Source: an uncultured Gammaproteobacteria bacterium
GTDB lineage: Bacteria; Patescibacteriota; Patescibacteriia; Magasanikbacterales; GWA2-37-8
Direction of reading: 5' to 3'
Assembly (NCBI GenBank): GCA_964619625.1
Contig: CAZUFD010000001.1
Coordinates: forward strand, 59,316-123,315
DNA: 64,000 nucleotides
This document shows positions 59,947 to 64,000 of this stretch, one piece after another; the stretch's first letter is position 1, and each line of letters opens with the position of its first letter. A model generated the notes under the pieces. That model saw only the letters and a program-made list of their open reading frames with translations. It was not told the DNA's origin and searched no databases. Both the position numbers and the translations under genes were made by a program.

Positions 59947-60079
59947 AGTCCAGAAGGTGAGCATACCGCAAGGAATTAGAATTGATATTTTTTAAGTTGA
60001 CAAAGTATTCATTTTTGCTAATGTTGAAATGGTTTTCGCAATGTTTGCGTTTGCCAAAAACACCAAACATGGAGGGGTT

Positions 60080-62194
60080 ATGCGCTCGCATCAGGATATT
60101 CGTCGTATTCTCGCGGAGCGCATTCTTGCCCTCCTTGAGATCAGTGCAAAACTGCCGCAACCGTTTCGGCCTTATCAGTACCAGGCCATGTCAAACATGG
60201 TTGATTGGCTGAAGGACAGTTCCGGAACCAAGCGTGGTTATGTGGAACACGCGACCGGTTTGGGTAAAACAGTGCTATTTGCGTCTCTGGCCGCTGTCTG
60301 CCATGGACTGCGTATCTTGATTGTTGAGCCGAGCAAGGTGCTCGTGGAACAAACAATCCATCGCGTTGCACAGTACAGCGGTGGTCCGGTGGGCTACATT
60401 GCTTCGGTGGAAGATATTCGCAATGACGAAGGTCAGCTGATTGGTCGCCGAGGGTATGAAGGCGTCAACATTGTAGTTACCACAGATGAGAGTCTGTGCG
60501 CCTATGCAGCTGAACTTGCGCTCCGGTACCAGCCCGATGTTGTGGTATTTGATGAGTGTCACTGGGGCTATCTCAGTAATACTGATGCGGCTCTGGCTCA
60601 TTTTTCCGAAGCTGTCATTATCGGCTTCTCGGCCACTGCCAACTATCTCACTCCTGTGTGCTCGCAGTCCTCGGTTCCACTTCGTCTAGAAAATCAACGC
60701 GAGCTTTATGGTCTGCCTCATCGGATGGCAAGCCAATACTTCGGTACGCTTATTGATCGGCGCACGCTGATCTGGGGAATCCAAAATGGCTGGCTTGCTC
60801 CGCTAGCTTGGGATTCGTTTGAGACTAACTTGTCTCTTGGAAATATTGTCATCCAGGAAGGGGATTGCGGTCTGGACTATCACATGGCCGCTATCACCAA
60901 TTTTCTTGGTGGCAATTGGATGGCCATAACTCGAATGGTCTGTGACTTGTACGCAAGCGGCAAATACGATCTAGCTAAGCGGCAGGTGTTTGCAGTGTGT
61001 CCGGGTGTTAGAGAAGCAGAAGAGCTTGCCGCTGCCATCAACCTTTTGGGAGTGTCATCAGCCTGTGTGGTCGGCAAAACCAGCGGCAAGGATCGTCGGG
61101 CTGCAATTAGTGCTCATAAGACCAAAGGCGTACGACTCTTAACTTCAGTGGGTGTCCTCCGTGAAGGTTGGGACGGTGAGGCAGAGGTTTGCCTGAATCT
61201 TCGTCTTACGATTTCGCAAGTGCGATATGAGCAAACGCTTGGTCGTATCCTGCGTCCTCGTCAGAATAAGGTCAGCCTGATGCTTGATGCTAACTTTCAG
61301 ACCTTCAATGGCCTGCAGCCGCTGACCGCGTCGTATCTTTATGGCCAGATCAACTCAGGTGTTATACCGGGTGACATCCTGGTAAATACACAAGAGGGTG
61401 CTGCGGGTGTAATCCGATCGCCAAGCCTCTCGCCTTATCTAGTTTCTGACAAACAGCAGCCGAAACCCAAGGCCACTGAGATTAAGATGGACACCGACCA
61501 AATAGTGTTGCACTTGCTGTTTAGACTCCTGTGCGAACATTTGGTAGAGAGACCGGGCGATAGACAGTATATCAAGGTGCCGATCACCTTGTTGCAGAAC
61601 CGATGCGGACAAGATCGAAAGACAGCTGAACAATTCCTGGAAAAGATGTGTAAGGCTGGTTTCATTGGAGGGCAGCCTCCATGGGATATAGTTTGGCCAA
61701 TGGTTAAGATTGACCGTACGGTTCAGGAAAGCAGGCGTGGCAGCAACAGATCGCGCCGCAATCAAACGGTACGTAGGTCACTCAGTGTTCATCATACGAA
61801 TGCAGACTACCACCGCACGCTCCGAGAGAGAAGCTTCAATGTTACTGGCTCGGCCATTGTACACGCGCCGCAACTGATTCTGGAAGATGTGTATGCCTTG
61901 GGCAAAGATCTCGTTATTGCGGTGCTAGAGACACTTGCAGCAAGCGGCGCTATCGAACAAGTCCAAGATTGGACAGTGGTCAGAATCAATGAAGTGCCAG
62001 AGAAGCCTTCGGTCAAGCGTAAGAAGCAAAAAAGAAGGCGAAAACGAACGAGTCCGGCGACTGAGCCACGACCGATCCCTGATGATCTAGGTGTCATTTT
62101 GCAGGATTTAAAGTTAAAGTTCCTGCAAATGTTCTGGCGTTTGGTTGAAAATAGTTTTGAGGAGCATCTGAGGAGGAAAAAAACAAAAGGGTAA
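60080..62194 (+). CDS. SF2 DEAD/DEAH-box helicase with C-terminal winged-helix-like extension
   Basis: RPYQ, ATGLGKT, DECH, SAT, LREGWD and QTLGRILR motifs; GGAGG SD before ATG 60080. Confidence 0.88.
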   Translation: MRSHQDIRRILAERILALLEISAKLPQPFRPYQYQAMSNMVDWLKDSSGTKRGYVEHATGLGKTVLFASLAAVCHGLRILIVEPSKVLVEQTIHRVAQYSGGPVGYIASVEDIRNDEGQLIGRRGYEGVNIVVTTDESLCAYAAELALRYQPDVVVFDECHWGYLSNTDAALAHFSEAVIIGFSATANYLTPVCSQSSVPLRLENQRELYGLPHRMASQYFGTLIDRRTLIWGIQNGWLAPLAWDSFETNLSLGNIVIQEGDCGLDYHMAAITNFLGGNWMAITRMVCDLYASGKYDLAKRQVFAVCPGVREAEELAAAINLLGVSSACVVGKTSGKDRRAAISAHKTKGVRLLTSVGVLREGWDGEAEVCLNLRLTISQVRYEQTLGRILRPRQNKVSLMLDANFQTFNGLQPLTASYLYGQINSGVIPGDILVNTQEGAAGVIRSPSLSPYLVSDKQQPKPKATEIKMDTDQIVLHLLFRLLCEHLVERPGDRQYIKVPITLLQNRCGQDRKTAEQFLEKMCKAGFIGGQPPWDIVWPMVKIDRTVQESRRGSNRSRRNQTVRRSLSVHHTNADYHRTLRERSFNVTGSAIVHAPQLILEDVYALGKDLVIAVLETLAASGAIEQVQDWTVVRINEVPEKPSVKRKKQKRRRKRTSPATEPRPIPDDLGVILQDLKLKFLQMFWRLVENSFEEHLRRKKTKG

Positions 62195-62391
62195 TGATTT
62201 CTTACGGAAAGGAGAAGTCTCAACCATTACCCCGTTGTCCTTTGGGAAACATTTTGTTTTTCAGAGGATGCCGATTTCTCATCAAGTATTTAGAATGCTT
62301 TTAGATGAAGCTTATGTAAAGCTTCGTTTTTTGTATACGTATAATATAAATTATCCACAGGTAAGGTAGTGGTAAAACTTGTACAAAGTAT

Positions 62392-62430
62392 TTGACATTA
62401 GGTATACTACCTTGTAACCTGGGGGGTAGG
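62392..62430 (+). promoter_or_regulatory. csoR-copA promoter with a CsoR-type operator
   Basis: TTGACA-N17-TAACCT overlapping TACC..GGGGGGTA G-tract pseudo-palindrome. Confidence 0.65.
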
Positions 62431-62448
62431 TTAATAATTAATATATCT

Positions 62449-62712
62449 ATGAAACATAATATCAATACAAAGAAACTGCTTAAATCATCCAAGCAAGCAC
62501 AGGGGACTTTGGCAAAGGTTGTAGAGATGGTTGAAGAAAATCGTTACTGTCCAGATATAATTCAACAGGTTGACAGCGTGATCGGGCTGCTTAAAACCGC
62601 CAAGCGGGAACTATTATCCGGACACCTTGATACATGCGTTGCTCATCAGTTGGTTACTAACAAGAAAAAAGCGATTGACGAGTTAATTAAGATTTATAAC
62701 CTTTCCAATTAA
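62449..62712 (+). CDS. csoR: CsoR family copper-sensing repressor
   Basis: YCPDIIQQV and GHLDTC (C-H-C ligands); precedes copA. Confidence 0.9.
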   Translation: MKHNINTKKLLKSSKQAQGTLAKVVEMVEENRYCPDIIQQVDSVIGLLKTAKRELLSGHLDTCVAHQLVTNKKKAIDELIKIYNLSN

Positions 62713-62713
62713 T

Positions 62714-64000
62714 ATGGACATGCCGAAAAAATTTACAATTAAGGGTATGCACTGCGCTTCGTGCGCTGCTACAATTGAAAAAAGTTTTAAAAAAGTAGAG
62801 GGCGTTTCTTCGGCTGAAGTTAATTATGGCACTGAAACAGCCAAAGTTACCTTTGACGAAACCAAAACAAACCCGCAGGAACTTTCTAAAACGATTGAAC
62901 CGCTTGGCTATTCAATTTCCATGCCTTCTGCCGAAGAGATGGGAATGTCGGAAAGCGAACATGCGGCGCACTTAGGGCTTAATCAATCCAAAAAGGAAAA
63001 GCTCGCCGAAGTTAAGGGCATGAGAACTATGGTACTTTCTGCCATCCCCCTGGCAATTTTTGCCGCTTTTGTTATGGGGTGGGATATTTTTGCTCAGTAT
63101 GGCGTCGTGTCTGGGACAGGTAGTGTAGTAAAGGAATTTTTTCATCATCTTCTCCCTTTAATGGCAACCTATACGCTTTTTGTTGTGGGCAAGCCATACT
63201 TGCTCGGTTTTTACAGGTTTCTCCGATATGGCAAAGCAAACATGGATACGCTGATCGGCATTGGAACTACTGCCGCCTTTTTATATAGCTTTGCAGTTAC
63301 GGCTTTTGAAGATACGCTTCGGCCTTTTATAAACGTTGACTATCAGTACTACGACGTGACAATCGTGGTCATTACCTTTATTGCCCTTGGGAAATATCTT
63401 GAGGCAAGATCGAAAATAAAGACGGGAGATGCCATAGAAAAACTTCTTAATCTTCAAGCAAAAACGGCGCTTGTTATCCGTGACGGAAAAGAAATAGAAA
63501 TATCAGTAAACGACGTAAGGCACGGAGATTTGATTATCGTAAAACCTGGCGCAAAGATTCCAGTGGATGGCGTCATAACAGATGGCAGTTCTTTTGTTGA
63601 CGAATCCATGGTAACCGGAGAGCCGATGCCGGCGGAGAAAAAGATTGGCGACAGCGTTGTGTCCGGAACTATCAACACCAGTGGTTCGTTTACATTTAAA
63701 GCAGCCAAAGTTGGGTCTGAAACACTGCTTGCTCAGATTATACGGATGGTTGAAGACGCTCAGGGCAGCAAGGCTCCAATTCAGGCGCTTGCAGATAAAA
63801 TTTCCTCAATCTTTGTTCCGATAGTTCTTGTTATCGCATTCCTTACTCTTGGAGCATGGCTTATTATTGGGTCGCGGTATTTAGGATTCTCCCAAGCTTT
63901 ATCATTTGGTCTTGTCTCGTTTGTGGGGATTTTGGTTATTGCCTGTCCTTGCGCTCTTGGTCTGGCTACTCCGACAGCGATTATTGTAGGAGTGGGTAAG
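62714..64000 (+). CDS. copA: Copper-translocating P1B-type ATPase (partial, runs off the right edge; absent from the ORF track)
   Basis: Translated by hand: GMHCASC, NMDTL, VTGEPMP and [11 protein letters not shown] motifs. Confidence 0.95.
   Translation, partial: MDMPKKFTIKGMHCASCAATIEKSFKKVEGVSSAEVNYGTETAKVTFDETKTNPQELSKTIEPLGYSISMPSAEEMGMSESEHAAHLGLNQSKKEKLAEVKGMRTMVLSAIPLAIFAAFVMGWDIFAQYGVVSGTGSVVKEFFHHLLPLMATYTLFVVGKPYLLGFYRFLRYGKANMDTLIGIGTTAAFLYSFAVTAFEDTLRPFINVDYQYYDVTIVVITFIALGKYLEARSKIKTGDAIEKLLNLQAKTALVIRDGKEIEISVNDVRHGDLIIVKPGAKIPVDGVITDGSSFVDESMVTGEPMPAEKKIGDSVVSGTINTSGSFTFKAAKVGSETLLAQIIRMVEDAQGSKAPIQALADKISSIFVPIVLVIAFLTLGAWLIIGSRYLGFSQALSFGLVSFVGILVIACPCALGLATPTAIIVGVGK

Overview
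This looks like a 64 kb stretch of an AT-rich bacterial chromosome using translation table 11 (TGA is a stop). Gene content and style suggest a Patescibacteria (CPR/Parcubacteria) genome, which is an inference: split comEC, leaders mostly lacking a Shine-Dalgarno (SD) motif, a giant Cys-rich surface protein and a degenerate VirB6/PrgI/VirB4 locus. Housekeeping genes include nusA, yidC, groES/groEL with a CIRCE operator, prfB, a Sua5/TsaC gene, rsmA, ftsEX, comF, a complete sufCBDSU-sufT operon, csoR-copA and four tRNAs. The most notable observations are: (1) two tandem ORF-free structured RNAs at 53.25-53.83 kb, each with its own promoter and terminator; (2) an ATP-grasp ligase fused to a DUF1704/HExxxH carboxypeptidase, next to a PKD-7TM protein and two duplicated ATP-grasp genes, a candidate reversible peptide-tagging system; (3) an intact tRNA-Ser with the rare anticodon ACT beside a normal tRNA-Ser(GCT); (4) five copies of a dispersed ~80 bp double-hairpin element; (5) a T4SS-like locus with a 2,500 aa Cys-rich protein; (6) a divergent double GGDEF/palm-like protein; (7) GC-richer orphan genes with SD motifs inserted among SD-less core genes. 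All calls come from reading motifs by eye; no database searches were run.
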